A DNA stretch of 64,000 nucleotides from the human T2T-CHM13v2.0 reference genome, Homo sapiens. The stretch lies in the NCBI RefSeq assembly GCF_009914755.1, contig NC_060947.1. One strand, written 5' to 3'. The translations under genes were made by a program, and so were the position numbers. Positions 19,217 through 34,922 of the stretch are shown here, one piece after another (within the stretch, counting starts at the first letter, position 1; the number at the start of each line of letters is the position of its first letter). The notes beneath the pieces are model-generated. The model was not told the DNA's origin, searched no databases, and saw only the letters and a list, made by a program, of their open reading frames with translations.

Positions 19217-20024
19217 ACTGCTCAGGCCCTGGTGGCAAAAACTGTGTAAGTCCCAGTTCCCTGATCTTGATAAATTGAGCCACCATCAGGGCAAAACACG
19301 GGCTCCCCTGCGTCCCTGCCTTCCCCTCCCTCCTGGACCATTTCTGAGTGTGGCCCCATTTCCTGGCTGTGGATTCCTCCAGGGATATGCTGGGTCCATG
19401 TCCCAGCTCTGTAATAGGGCAGCAGCCCCAGGTTACCACGCCCAGCCCTTTCTTTTTCTTTTTCTTTTCTTTTCTTTTTTTTTTTTGAGAGAGAGCAAGA
19501 GCCCTGTTTCCTGAGAGCCCGTGACACATGTGGGGAGCTAAGCTCCCTCCTGAAAGGAGAGCTGTGTTCCTGCAAGCCTGCCTTCCGAGGTATACCTGGG
19601 GAAGGCCATTTGTTATTGTCGGCCCGGTGAGATGATACCTTCCAAGGGTGGATTTAGAAGGAGAAGGGTGCCCCGGCACGCCTTCTCACAAGCTGCTTTG
19701 TTCTGGTGGAGACAGCAGGCGTGTGACCCCCGGGTAGGGCCCATCCAGCGTCTGGAGGCCTTTTGTCTCTTTATGACGACGTGTGCAGGGAGGGGGCTGG
19801 CTCTGCTGCTTCTTGGAGGAGCAGAGCCTGTGTTTCACGAATGAAGCTCACCATAAAAAACATCCAACGAGAGACGAGAATTCGATCCGGTGCTACCTGA
19901 GGGCCCCAGAGGTGTGATGACGGCCACTTTAGGGCCGGGGCCCAGTTCCTTGCTGGGAAACTGAACAGAGACGCAGATTTTTAAGGTCAGGGTGCAAGGT
20001 GGTTTTTATAAAAATGCCAGTGAG

Positions 20025-21257
<1,233 letters not shown>

Positions 21258-21409
21258 TCAGAGAGACCCTCTGGCCACTTCTCCACAGGCAGGCCCGGTC
21301 TTGTCTGCACCAGAAAGATGGATTTCTCCCTGGAAGTCTGTGCCCATCTGCGTTCCCTCTGCAGGGACATGGGGTACCCAGGAAGAAAAGGACATTCAGG
21401 CAGCCCCCA

Positions 21410-22772
21410 ACCGTAGAACTGCCAGCTCCTGGTTTCAACGTGGAAGGTGTCTGTGAGATGAATCCCTCCTTGTATTGAACCCCAAACCTCTCCTTTCTAC
21501 CCCCCAACAGTAGAACTGCCAGCTTTTGGTTCTGATGTGGAGGGTGCCTGCAAGATGAATACCTCCTCGTCTCAAACCCCAAACCTTTCCTTTCTACCCG
21601 CCAGAGGCAGAACTCTCAGCATTTGGTTCCGATGTGGAGGATATCTATGAGATGTTTACCTCCTTGTCTCAAACCCCAAACCTCTCCTTCCTACCCTCCA
21701 AAGATAGAACTCTCAGCATTTGGTTCTGATGTGGAGAGTGTCTATGACATGTTTACCTCCTTGTCTCAAACCCCAAACCTCTCCTTTCTACTCCCCAAGA
21801 GTAGAACTACCAGCTTTTGGTCCTGACGTGGAGGGTGCCTGCAAGATGCATACCTCCTTGTCTGGAACCCCAAATCTTTCCTTTCTGCCCCCCAACAGTG
21901 GAACTTCTCCCAGCATTTTGTTCCCAGGTGGAGGGTGTCTGGGAGACGTTTACCTCCTTGTCTCAAACCCCAAACCTCTCCTTTCTACCCCCCAACAGTA
22001 GAACAACCAGCTTTTGGTCCTGATGTGGAGGGTGCTTGCAAGATGTATGCCTCCTTGTCTGGAACCCCAAATCTTTCCTTTCTGCCCCCCAACAGTGGAA
22101 CTTCTCCCAGCATTTTGTTCCCAGGTGGAGGGTGTCTGGGAGACGTTTACCTCCTTGTCTCAAACCCCAAACCTCTCCTTTCTACTCCCCAAGAGTAGAA
22201 CTACCAGCTTTTGGTCCTGACGTGGAGGGTGCCTGCAAGATGCATACCTCCTTGTCTGGAACCCCAAATCTTTCCTTTCTGCCCCCCAACAGTGGAACTT
22301 CTCCCAGCATTTTGTTCCCAGGTGGAGGGTGTCTGGGAGACGTTTACCTCCTTGTCTCAAACCCCAAACCTCTCCTTTCTACCCCCCAACAGTAGAACAA
22401 CCAGCTTTTGGTCCTGATGTGGAGGGTGCTTGCAAGATGTATGCCTCCTTGTCTGGAACCCCAAATCTTTCCTTTCTGCCCCCCAACAATGGAACTTCTC
22501 CCAGCATTTTGTTCCCAGGTGGAGGGTGTCTGGGAGATGTATACCTCCTCATCTGAAACCCCAAACCTTCCCTTTCTACCCCCCAACAGTAGAATAACCA
22601 GCTTTTGGTCCTGACGTGGAGGGTGCCTGCAAGATGTATACCTCCTTGTCTGGAACCCCAAATCTTTCCTTTCTGCCCCCCAACTGTAGAACTTCTCCCA
22701 GCATTTTGTTCCGAGGTGGAGGGTGTCTGGGAGACGCATACCTCCTTGTCTTGAACCCCAAACCTTCCTTTT
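21410..22772 (+). repeat. ~98-bp minisatellite (about 14 monomers) with 197- and 394-bp higher-order structure
   Basis: Core GTGGAGGGTG..ACCTCCTTGTCT..ACCCCAAA. ORF track copies are offset by 197 (21817, 22014, 22211, 22408). Confidence 0.95.
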
Positions 22773-23157
22773 GTGCCATTTCTGGGACTCTTCCAAGGGG
22801 AAATAAGAAAGGCATCGGTAGAAGATTCTGAAGGCGTGTGTGCATTCACCAGGCTGCTCTGAGACACTCTCAGATTCACGCCGCCTGGCCAGGGGCCCGA
22901 TTCCTAAAGGTGAAAGGCCAGGGCATTAGCTGGAACCCGCCACTTCAGAACCATAAACCGAGCGTCTGGCTGCAGAAGGAGCTGTCAAACATGATAAAGA
23001 CGCCGTTCAACCGTTTTAAACAGCCGGCCCCCCTCTCCTTGGGTAGACGCCATTGTGGAAGACGGGACGTAAAACACACAACTGTCACTCTGCATTAGAG
23101 ACTGGAAGGTTTTTGCTACGCAGTTTTCAAGATCAGCAATTACTGCCTGACAGGCAC

Positions 23158-24108
23158 GCGATTGTTTCCAGTTAATATTTCCTGGTTGCTTTCAAAGCAC
23201 GTGCCGTGGGCATGTGTGTGTGTACGCGTGCATGTGTGTGTGTGTCTGTGCCTGTGTGTGTGCACGCATGTGTGTCTCTGTGTGTGCACGTGTGTGTCTC
23301 TGTGTGTGCACACGTGTATGCCTCTGTGTGTGCACGTATGTGTGTGTCTCCGTGTGCGTACGTGTGTGTGCACGTGTTTTGTCTGTGTGTGCATGCGTGT
23401 GTCTGTGTGTGCACGTGTGCGTGTCTGTGTGTGTGCGTGTGTGTGCGCACGTCGGCATGCACGTGTGTGTCTGTGTGTGTGCACATGTATGTCTTCACGT
23501 GTGTCTGTGTGTGCACTTGTATATCTTCACGTGTGTGTCTGCATGTGTGCACGTGTGCGTCTGTGTGTGCACGTCTGCATGCATGTGTGTGCACTTGTAT
23601 GTCTTCATGTGTGTGTCTGTGTCTGTGCACGTGTGTGTGTGTGTGCACAGGCTCTCCTGGTTCAACATTCCTGCAGGCACTGGTGTCTTCATGTTTTGCA
23701 AAGTGCGGAGGTGCCTGAGGTATGCGATTGTGTCCAGTTAATATTTCCTGCTTTTAAAGCACGTGCTTGTGGGCATATGTGTGTGTGCATGTGTGTGCGC
23801 ACATGTGCGTCTGTGTGTGCACGTCTGCATGCACGTGTGTCTGTGTGTGTGCACATGTATGTCTTCACGTGTGTCTGTGTGTGCACTTGTATGTCTTCAC
23901 GTGCATGTCTGCATGTGTGCATGTGTGCGTCTGTGTGTGCACGTCTGCATGCATGTGTCTGTGCACTTGTATGTCTTCGTGTGTGTCTGTGTGTGCACGT
24001 GTGTGTCTGTGTGTGCACGTGTGTGTGTGTGTGCAGGCTCTCCTGGTTCAACATTCCTGCAGGCACTGGTGTCTTCATGTCTTGCAAAGTGCGGAGGTGC
24101 CTGAGGTA
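23158..24108 (+). repeat. Two-copy tandem duplication, each copy containing a TG/CA-rich tract
   Basis: GCGATTGT.TCCAGTTAATATTTCCTG at 23158 and 23724; CAGGCTCTCCTGGTTCAACATTCC at 23648 and 24034. Confidence 0.9.
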
Positions 24109-24240
24109 CCTGGAGTCTGCCCAGAACTCAAACACGCACGTACCCAGGGTGGCTTCCGTGGAGAAGCTTTGCAGGGACGGAAACAGCTTCCGGAGATGTC
24201 TGGCTTGGGCTGTGTCCATCAGTGAAGATGCGTTGGAGGC

Positions 24241-24535
24241 TTTTTTTTTTTTTTTGAGACGGAGTCTCACTCTGTTGCCCACGTTGGAGTGCAGTGGCGC
24301 GACCTCGGCTCACTGCAACCTCCGCCTCCCGGGTTCACGCCATTCTCCTGCCTCAGCCTCCTGAGTAGTGGGGATTTCAGGCATGCATCACCACGCCCGG
24401 CTAATTTTTGTATATTTAGTAGAGACGGGGTTTCACCGTGTTGGCCAGGCTGGTCTTGAACTCCTGACCTTATGATTCACCCGCCTCAGCCTCCCAAAGT
24501 GCTGGGATGACAGGCGTGAGCCACCGCGCCCGACC
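24241..24535 (-). mobile_element. Antisense AluS
   Basis: Alu motifs. Confidence 0.9.
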
Positions 24536-24544
24536 TACACTGAG

Positions 24545-24800
24545 AGACTTATAAACAACAGAAATTTGGTTTCACTGTTGTGGAGGCTGGAAATGCCAGA
24601 TCAAGGCCTGGCAGGGTCAGCGCCTACTGAGAACCGACCTCCTGTGCTCTCATGTGGTGGAAGGGGCGAGGAAGCTCTCTGGGGTCCCTTTTATAAGGGC
24701 ACTGATCCCATTCATGAGAGGGTCCCACCTCCTAACACCATCTCTCGGGGGTGAGGATTCAATGTGGGAATTTACGGGTCATGCAAACATTCAGTCCACT
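24545..24800 (-). mobile_element. MaLR (MST/MLT1-type) LTR fragment
   Basis: TAAACAACAGAAATTT..GGAGGCTGGAAA..TTTTATAAGGGCACT.ATCCCATTCATGAG..AACATTCAGTCCA. Confidence 0.7.
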
Positions 24801-25091
24801 GCAGGCACGTTTCTTCCCATGCCGGTGGATGGCAGAGCCGGCTGCACAGTTTGTGGGGTGCAGAACAGAAGAAGGACCTTTTGTTCTAAAAGTGACTCAG
24901 GGTTTTAAGATGGCAACCTCTTAGCATTCAACGAAGCACAGGGCCCGTCCTGGTGCGATTTCTGTCCAATCATACAGCTTGCACGTCCACGAAGCCAGCC
25001 CTGGGTGGGGGAGACACATATGTGTCTGGATGAAATGTCTCCAATTCATGCCTTCTAGGTAAATTCCAGAGGGCTGATGTAGGTACACCAG

Positions 25092-26012
25092 GCAGAGAGA
25101 GAGACTTAGAGAGAGAGAGAGAAAGGGAGAGAGAAAGAGACAGAGAGACAGAGAGAGAAGGAGAGAGAGAGTGAGAGAGAGACAGAGAGAGAAAGAGGCA
25201 GACACAGAAAGAGCAGGAGAGAGAGAAAGGGAAAGAAAGAGAGAAAGAAAGGAAGAGAGAAAAAGAGGGAGAGAAGAGACAGAGAGAAAGACACAGAGAA
25301 AGAGAGTGAGAGAGAGACAGAGAGAGAGATGGAAAGAGAGAGAAAGAGACAGAGAGAATCAGAGACAAAAAGAGAGAGAGGGAGAGAGAGACAGAAAGAG
25401 AGAAAGAAAGAGAGCGGTGATCATGCCACTTATAATAATAAGAAAGAGAGAGAAAGAGCAAGAGAGGTAGAAGGAGAAAGGAAGAGAGAAAGAGGAGAGA
25501 AAAGAGAGAGACAGAGAAAGAGGGAGAGAGAAAGAGAGGGAGAAAGAGAGACAGAGAGTAAGACAGAAAGAGAGAGAGAAAGGGAGAGACAGAGAAAGGG
25601 AAAGAGAGACAGACGCAGAGAGACAGAGACAGAGAGGGAGAAGGAGACAGAAAAAGGGAAAGAGAGAGAGAAAGAAAGAGAGAAGGAGAGAAGAGAGAGA
25701 GACAGAAAGACACACACACAGAAAGAGACAGAGAAAGCAAGAGAGAGAAAGAGAGAGAGAGACAGAGAGAGAGAAAGAGAGAGAGAGGAAGAGAGAGAGA
25801 CAGAGAGACAAAACGAGAGAAAGAAAGAGAAAGAGAGTGGTGATCATGCCACTTATAATAATAAGAAAGAGAGAGAGAGACAAAGAGGGAGAGAGAGAAA
25901 GAGCGAGAGAGGTAGAAAGAGAAAGGAAGAGAGAGAAGGAGAGAAAAGAGAGAGAAAGAGGGGGAGAAAGAGAGAGAGAGAGAGTGAGAGAGAGAGAAAG
26001 AAAGAGAGAGAT
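25092..26012. repeat. GA-rich tract with an internal 423-bp-period duplication
   Basis: GGTGATCATGCCACTTATAATAATAAGAAAG at 25416 and 25839. Confidence 0.92.
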
Positions 26013-26013
26013 A

Positions 26014-26461
<448 letters not shown>

Positions 26462-26879
26462 TTACGAGTAGCATTGGATAGAGTCACAGCTCGTAGAGTG
26501 AGAACACGGAAAGAAAAAATTCCATTGAATGCATTGATGACCTGTCCATGACAAAATCCTTCCTGCATAGAACGTGCAAAGCCAAAGCATTCGACCAAAC
26601 AGTCTTGGATTCTTGGTTCAACTGGAGCTGCTGATTGGAGCCTTCAAAAAAAAATTGCCTTTTAATTGTATGAAGGGTAAAGTGCATCCCACATGTGGCC
26701 CAAGACAACGCACGTGATCTGTTTGGTTACAACGTAGGTCCGTGGACGTCTAGCCGACTATCTGGCAGACTCAGGCAAGAGCCACCTCCAATGATGGGCT
26801 TTTCATCATGGGTACACCTGTGCTGTGATTGTCTCAGAATCATGACTGTCTCAGAATCATTATGGCTGCTCTAGAAGAA

Positions 26880-27147
26880 ACTCTGTCACCCAGGCTGGAG
26901 TGCAGTGGTGTCATCACGGCTCACTGCAACCTCAACCCCTCGGGGCTGCAGCAATCCTCCTACCTCAGCTTGCCAAGTAGCTGGGACTCCTGACGTGTGA
27001 CATGTACCCGGGTGATTTTTGTATTTTTTTTTTTAGACATGGGGTCTTGCTATGTTGCCCAGGCTGGTCTCAAACTTCTGAGCTCATGGCATTTGCCCGC
27101 CTCAGCCTCCCAAAGTGCTGGGATTACAGGTGTGAGCCACTGCATCT
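26880..27147 (-). mobile_element. AluJ-like SINE
   Basis: Diverged Alu motifs. Confidence 0.8.
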
Positions 27148-27580
27148 CCCACCAGAATTATATTTTGGAAATATATTTGGAAAACCATTCAGGCTCCAGT
27201 GTGGAGACTGGATTGCAGGGGAGGGCTGGTTTAATAGGAGGAAGAGATATCCAGAGGCAAGAGTTGTTTCCTCCGGGGAGGAGGTGGTAACCGTCAGAAC
27301 AGCGCTGGCCCATGGAAGGCAGAGAAACAGATGCATTTCAATGCGGCTGTATCGAGAGGCCGGAATGGCTGATTGTACTGTCTTTTGGTTCACAGGTGTG
27401 GGCCATTGTGATGAAATCACCAAGGCGTTCAGAGCCAACTTCATTGTTCAGAGGCAGGCATTGCATGAGGCTGCTAGCAGGGGTGGGAATAGAACACAGA
27501 TCCTCCAACATGCTTCCTGCTACCAGGTGTCATGAAGCCAAATGTCCACTGAGATGGACTGCAACCATCCCACACACCCC

Positions 27581-28171
27581 TGTTTGAAATGCTTGTTCCC
27601 CTGTGCCATCAAGAAACAGCACTTGAACATAATTTTAATTTATTTAGTAAGGCCATTTTTATACTTTCTGCAGAAAGGGTACACTCACCAGCAGTTCTGC
27701 CATGAGAGTACAGCGAACAAAGGGGACAGGGTCGTTTATAACCTGACGCGTCCACCCTACTGCCGTGTCTGGTTTCCATTGGCTGGAACGGGACCTCACA
27801 TTCTGTATTTGTCCCGACTGGCCAGCAACTTAGAACTTTTAAAAAGAGGCAAAGGTAGAGGAGAACAAAGGAAGGAGGAAGTAATTTGTGGAATGCTGAG
27901 AAAGGTAAAAGCACTTTTAAATAAAGAAGAGGAACAGGCTATGACGTAATGCTTGCTTGGACCAGTATAAGCATGCCAGGACAAATATTTAGGCTAAATT
28001 GTGGGAGCTAAGAACATAAAGTACATTGATTTCTTTATTACGGCCAGCAGATATTTAAGAACGTTAGCACAGTTCTTTGCATAAATTTTGCTTCTAAGAG
28101 AAGTTACTATTTATTCCTAATTAGACGGGGAGGGAAGTCTTTGAAGAGGAACCTCTATTTTACTTTTTACA
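27581..28171 (-). mobile_element. Solo ERV1 LTR, LTR10 family (LTR10C-like)
   Basis: The minus strand begins TGTAAAAAGTAAAATAGAGGTTCCTCTTCAAAGAC and ends ..TTTCAAACA. Length 591 bp, with a 4-bp TSD CCCC at 27577-27580 and 28172-28175. Confidence 0.78.
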
Positions 28172-28359
28172 CCCCAAATTCAAGCTCTCAGTGCTTTAAC
28201 CCAAGACAAAAAAAAAAGCACCAACCACCTTCATTTTTTTTTAGAATGACCCAGGATAGAGATGACTGTGGTCTCAACTGTTGCAAAGTAGACCTCATTC
28301 TGTAAGGAGCTCCTGTAACCCTGATACTAAGAGAATGCAGAGGGTTTCCTTTCCTTTTC

Positions 28360-28393
<34 letters not shown>

Positions 28394-28766
28394 GACATAC
28401 GTTGTAAATTTTTTTCTCCCCCTCTGGCTCTGTTCCACTCTGGATTTGATTAATTACCAAGGTGTTTGGAAAGGTTCTCTGTGCTGTGGGGACTAGGCAA
28501 TTGATTTACAAAGTGTGTACACGGTCTTTCATTCAACAATTGTAAATTCCCATCAAAGGAAGTCATTTGCACGGGCGTTCCGGTTCACGGATTGTAGCCA
28601 AAGCCCTCATGTTGGGGACACAACCCATTTTTGTTAACATAAGTGTGTGGGTTTCAATATGATTGCAATTATTATATGCAATCATATAATAATTGTGTGG
28701 CCTCTAAGTTCACACTGCAGATAAACAATGACAAGCTGTGTTTTGCAGGTTTTTGGCTAAACCAAC

Positions 28767-29483
28767 TGACAGGGTTTGGCTGTGTCCCCACCCAAATCTC
28801 ATCTTGAATTGTAGCTGCCACAATTCCCACGTTTCATCGGAAGGACCCAGTGATAGGTAATTGAATCGTGGGGGGCGGGGCTTTCCCGTGCTGTTCTCGC
28901 GATAGAGAATAAGTCTCACGAGATCTCACGGTTTTATAAAGGGGGCGGCCCCTCCACAAGCTTCTTGCCGGCTGCCATGGAAGACGTGGCTTTGCTCCCT
29001 CTTTGCCTTCCACCGTGATTGTGAGGCCTCCCCAGCTATGCAGAACTGTGAGTTCATTAAAACTCTTTCCTTTATAAATTACCCAGTTTCAGATATGTCT
29101 TTTTCTTTTTCTTTCTTTCTTTCTTTCTCTTTCTTTCTTTTTCTTTTCTTTCTTTTCTTTCTTTCTTTCCTCCCTTCCTTCCTTTCCTCCTTTCTTTTCT
29201 TTTTCTTTCTTTCTTTCTTTCTTTCCTTCCTTCCTTCTTTCTTTCTTTCCTGCTTTCTTTTCTTTCTTTCTTTGTCTTTCTTTCTTTCCTTTCTTCTTTC
29301 TTTCTTTCCTCCTTTCCTTTCTTTCTTTCTTTCTTTCTTGGTCTTTCTTTCTCTTTCTCTTTCTTTCTTTCCTTCCTTCCTTCTTTCTTTCTTTTTCTTC
29401 CCTTCCTTCCTTTGTCTTTCTTTCCTCCTTTCTCTCTTTCTTTCTTTCCTCCTTTCTTTCTCTCTTTCTTTTCTCCTTTCTTT

Positions 29484-29526
<43 letters not shown>

Positions 29527-29962
29527 CTTTCTTCCTTTCTTTCTCTCTATCTCTCTTTCCTTCCTTCCTTCTTCTTCTTTCTTTCTCTCTGTCTCTTTCT
29601 TTCTCTTTCTTTCTTTTTTTCTTTCTATTTATTTATTTTGAGACAGAGCCTTGCTCTGATGCCCAGGCTGGAGTGCAATGGCATGATCTCAACTCACAGC
29701 AACCTCCGCCTCCAGGGTTCAAGCTATTCCCCTGCCTCAGCCTCCCGAGTAGCTGTATTTATAGGCATGCACCACCTCGCCTGGCTAATTTTGTATTTTT
29801 AGTAAAGGCAGGGTTTCACCATATTGGTCAGGCTGGTCTTGAACTCCTGGCCTCAGGTGATCCGCCTGCCTCGGCCTCCCAAAGTGCTGGGATGGCAGGC
29901 ATAAGCCACCATGCCTGGCCCCAGAAATGCCTTTATTAGCAGCATGAGAACAGACTAATCTA
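28767..29962 (+). mobile_element. THE1-type MaLR LTR interrupted near its 3' end by an antisense Alu with an expanded tail
   Basis: GGTTTGGCTGTGTCCCCACCCAAATCTCATCTTGAATTGTAG.. to ~29098, resuming at ~29921 with CTTTATTAGCAGCATGAGAACAGACTAAT. Confidence 0.88.
29099..29640. repeat. (CTTT/CCTT)n tract, about 540 bp
   Basis: Near-pure pyrimidine run forming the tail of the Alu at 29640-29920. Confidence 0.95.
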
Positions 29963-30809
29963 CCCACTCAAGCAGACTTAAGATTCGTTAATGCTTTCTT
30001 TGCTGCAGCGGCATAGATGCTCTTGGAGGTGGTCAGCCTCGCCAAGCCATCTTTGAGATTTTGCTCACGTATTCCTCCAGTAACATGGCGAAGTTTCGCC
30101 TGACCGTTTTCCCCCGGACCCCGGACGTTCACATCTCGATGAGTTTGTGACGGCTTGGAGTGATGGGTTGAGTCACGAATGGATCTCCTCTCCCAACATA
30201 ACCAGGTGCTCTAATGAAATGAGTTTTATTCAAAGTCTCTGTCTCCTAATGCTGCGGGAAAAAAAGATAAATGGAACAATTCTTCTAGCAAATGCATTGC
30301 ACAAAACAGCAGCATATTGCTTATGAAGTTTAATTTCCTAATAGTTCATGAGGTGTAATTTACCTGCCTTCGCTTCTGGGGAAATGGATTCGGGCTCATG
30401 ACAAGATGGAATGGCTACCCGTGATATTGCTTTTCTTGTTGAACTGCGGTCTGAATCCAGTGAAATTTGCATGCTGCTGGAAGTCCGTGGAATTACAGCA
30501 TTTCCCTTTTAACTTTTTATTGTGATTCTTATTATTGCATAGCCCCCGAGTATTCCGTGAACATGCTTTTATTTAATCAGCATTTTATTTAATCAGCATC
30601 CTATTTATTTTTATATGATGCCAATATTGCCTGGACAAACGTAGATGTTTTGGTGCTTGAAGTATTTTGGTACGTGGATTATTTTTTTTTTTTTCAAAAC
30701 TGAAATCACACAGAACTTCAAAGTTTGAGCTTTGCTTTGATAGGAGAATATGGCCAATTATGAGACGCGGATTAATGGCTGCCTGCTTTGTCTTGCATCT
30801 TCTATTTTA

Positions 30810-31850
<1,041 letters not shown>

Positions 31851-32089
31851 TGCTAGAGCTATTGTAGGGTGTATGCATGGGAAATAAAGGGCTAAGGTTT
31901 CCACTGGAAACTTTGTTCCTGTAACACAGGAAGTTTATCATCCTGTAGGAGTGAAATGTGTGGTTACAGTGGAGCAGGGGCCGTAAGGATTCTGGAAATA
32001 TTTTTAATGTATCTCCTGGGTCCAAGGTTTCAATGTATTCTTCTGTTGCTGGAAGAACTGTGGGCCAGAGTGGTGATTAGAAAACTGCA

Positions 32090-32637
<548 letters not shown>

Positions 32638-32867
32638 CCCATGTGTGATCACCATGGCTGTCTGCCCAGCATCACTCCTCGGCTCCACCCATCAGAAATG
32701 CCTCTCAGATGTACAGACATAGGCTAGAAAGCTGGTAACCCGATTTCCCCACAGGTTGCTCACTCTCACCTTGGGTTGACCTTGGCTTTCTCATCCCAGA
32801 GTCTTCCCTGGGGACCTGTCACCCCGGAGCTTGTCCCCTGAGCTCAGCTGGTCTTCAGCATCCAGTT

Positions 32868-34025
32868 AGTGTTTAGTAGGTACTTATGTACTTAGTAGGT
32901 ACTTACGTGCTTAGTAGGAGCTTATGTGCTTACTAAGAGCTCACATGCTTGGCAGGACCTTATGTGCTTAATAGCTGCTCACGTGCTTAGTAGGAGCTCA
33001 TGTGCTTAGTAGGCCCTTATGTACTTAGTAGGAGCTCACGTGCTTAGTAGGAGCTCACGTGCATAGGTGCTTACATGCTTAGTAGGAGCTCATACAGTTA
33101 GTAGGAACTCACACGCTTAGCAGGAGCTTATGAGCTTAGTAGGTCCTTCTGTGCTTAGTAGGAGCTCATGTGGTCAGTGGGTGCTACGTGCTTAGTAGGA
33201 GCTGACGTGGTTAGTAGGAGCTTATATGCTTGGCAGGTCCTTATGTGCTTGCTTACTAGGAGCTTATGTGCTTAGCAGGAGTTCACGTGCTTAGTAGGTT
33301 TTTATGTGCTTCCTAGGAACTCACGTGGTTAGTAGGAGCTTATGAGCTTAGTAGGTCCTTACGTGCTTAGTTGGTGCTTATGTGCTTAGTAGGAGCTCAC
33401 GTGCTTAGTAGGACCTTACATGCTTAGCACGAGCTCACGTGCTTAGTAGGGGCTCACATGCTTAGTAAGAACTCATGTGCTTAGTTAACAGCTCACATGC
33501 TTAGTAGGTGCTTATATGCTTAGTAGGAGCTTATGTGCTTAGTAGGAACTCACGTGCTTAGTAGGTGCTTACATGCTTAATAGGAGCTTGTGAGCTTAGT
33601 AGGGGCTCACGTGCTTAGTAGGTTTTAATGTGCTTACTAGGAGCTCACGTGCTTAGTAGGTGCTCATATGCTTAGTAGGAGCTTACGTGCTTAGCAGGAG
33701 CTCACGTGCTTAGTAGGTTTTTATGTGCTTAGTAGGAGCTCACGTGCTTAGTAGGAGCTTCTGAGCTTAGTAGGTCCTTCCGTGCTTAGTAGGCATTCAT
33801 GTGCTTAGTGGGTGCTATGTGCTTAGTAGGAGCTCATGTGATTAGGAGCTTATGTGCGTAGCAGGTCCTTATGGCTTAGTAGGTGCTTCCATGCTTAGTT
33901 AGGCCCTCATGTGCTTAGTGGGTGCTATGTGCTTAGTAGGAGCTCAAGTGGTTAGTAGGAGCTTCTGTGCTTAGCAGGTCCTTATGTGCTTAGTAGGAGC
34001 TTACATACTTAGTAGGAGCTTGCAC
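32868..34025 (+). repeat. 19-bp minisatellite (GTGCTTAGTAGGAGCTCAC), about 60 variant copies
   Basis: CTTAGTAGG core recurring at about 19-bp spacing over 1.15 kb. Confidence 0.95.
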
Positions 34026-34109
34026 ATGGATGGTCTGGGAGCCCTCAGAGGCTGCCCTCATGGGTATTTGTAATTAAAAGGTAAATTAGTCCTGGTGTGC
34101 CTGGGGTAC

Positions 34110-34922
<813 letters not shown>

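Noticed and set aside
23162-24364. 400-aa Cys/Val-rich ORF
   Set aside because: It is a translation of a (TG)-rich tract running into an Alu; low complexity with no domain.
27542-27949. 135-aa ORF with non-repetitive appearance
   Set aside because: It lies inside the solo LTR10-like element, with no recognisable protein similarity or splice structure.
29027-29039. PRDM9 hotspot motif position in the THE1 LTR
   Set aside because: The sequence is CCTCCCCAGCTAT, not the hot CCTCCCTAGCCAC form, and it fails CCNCCNTNNCCNC.
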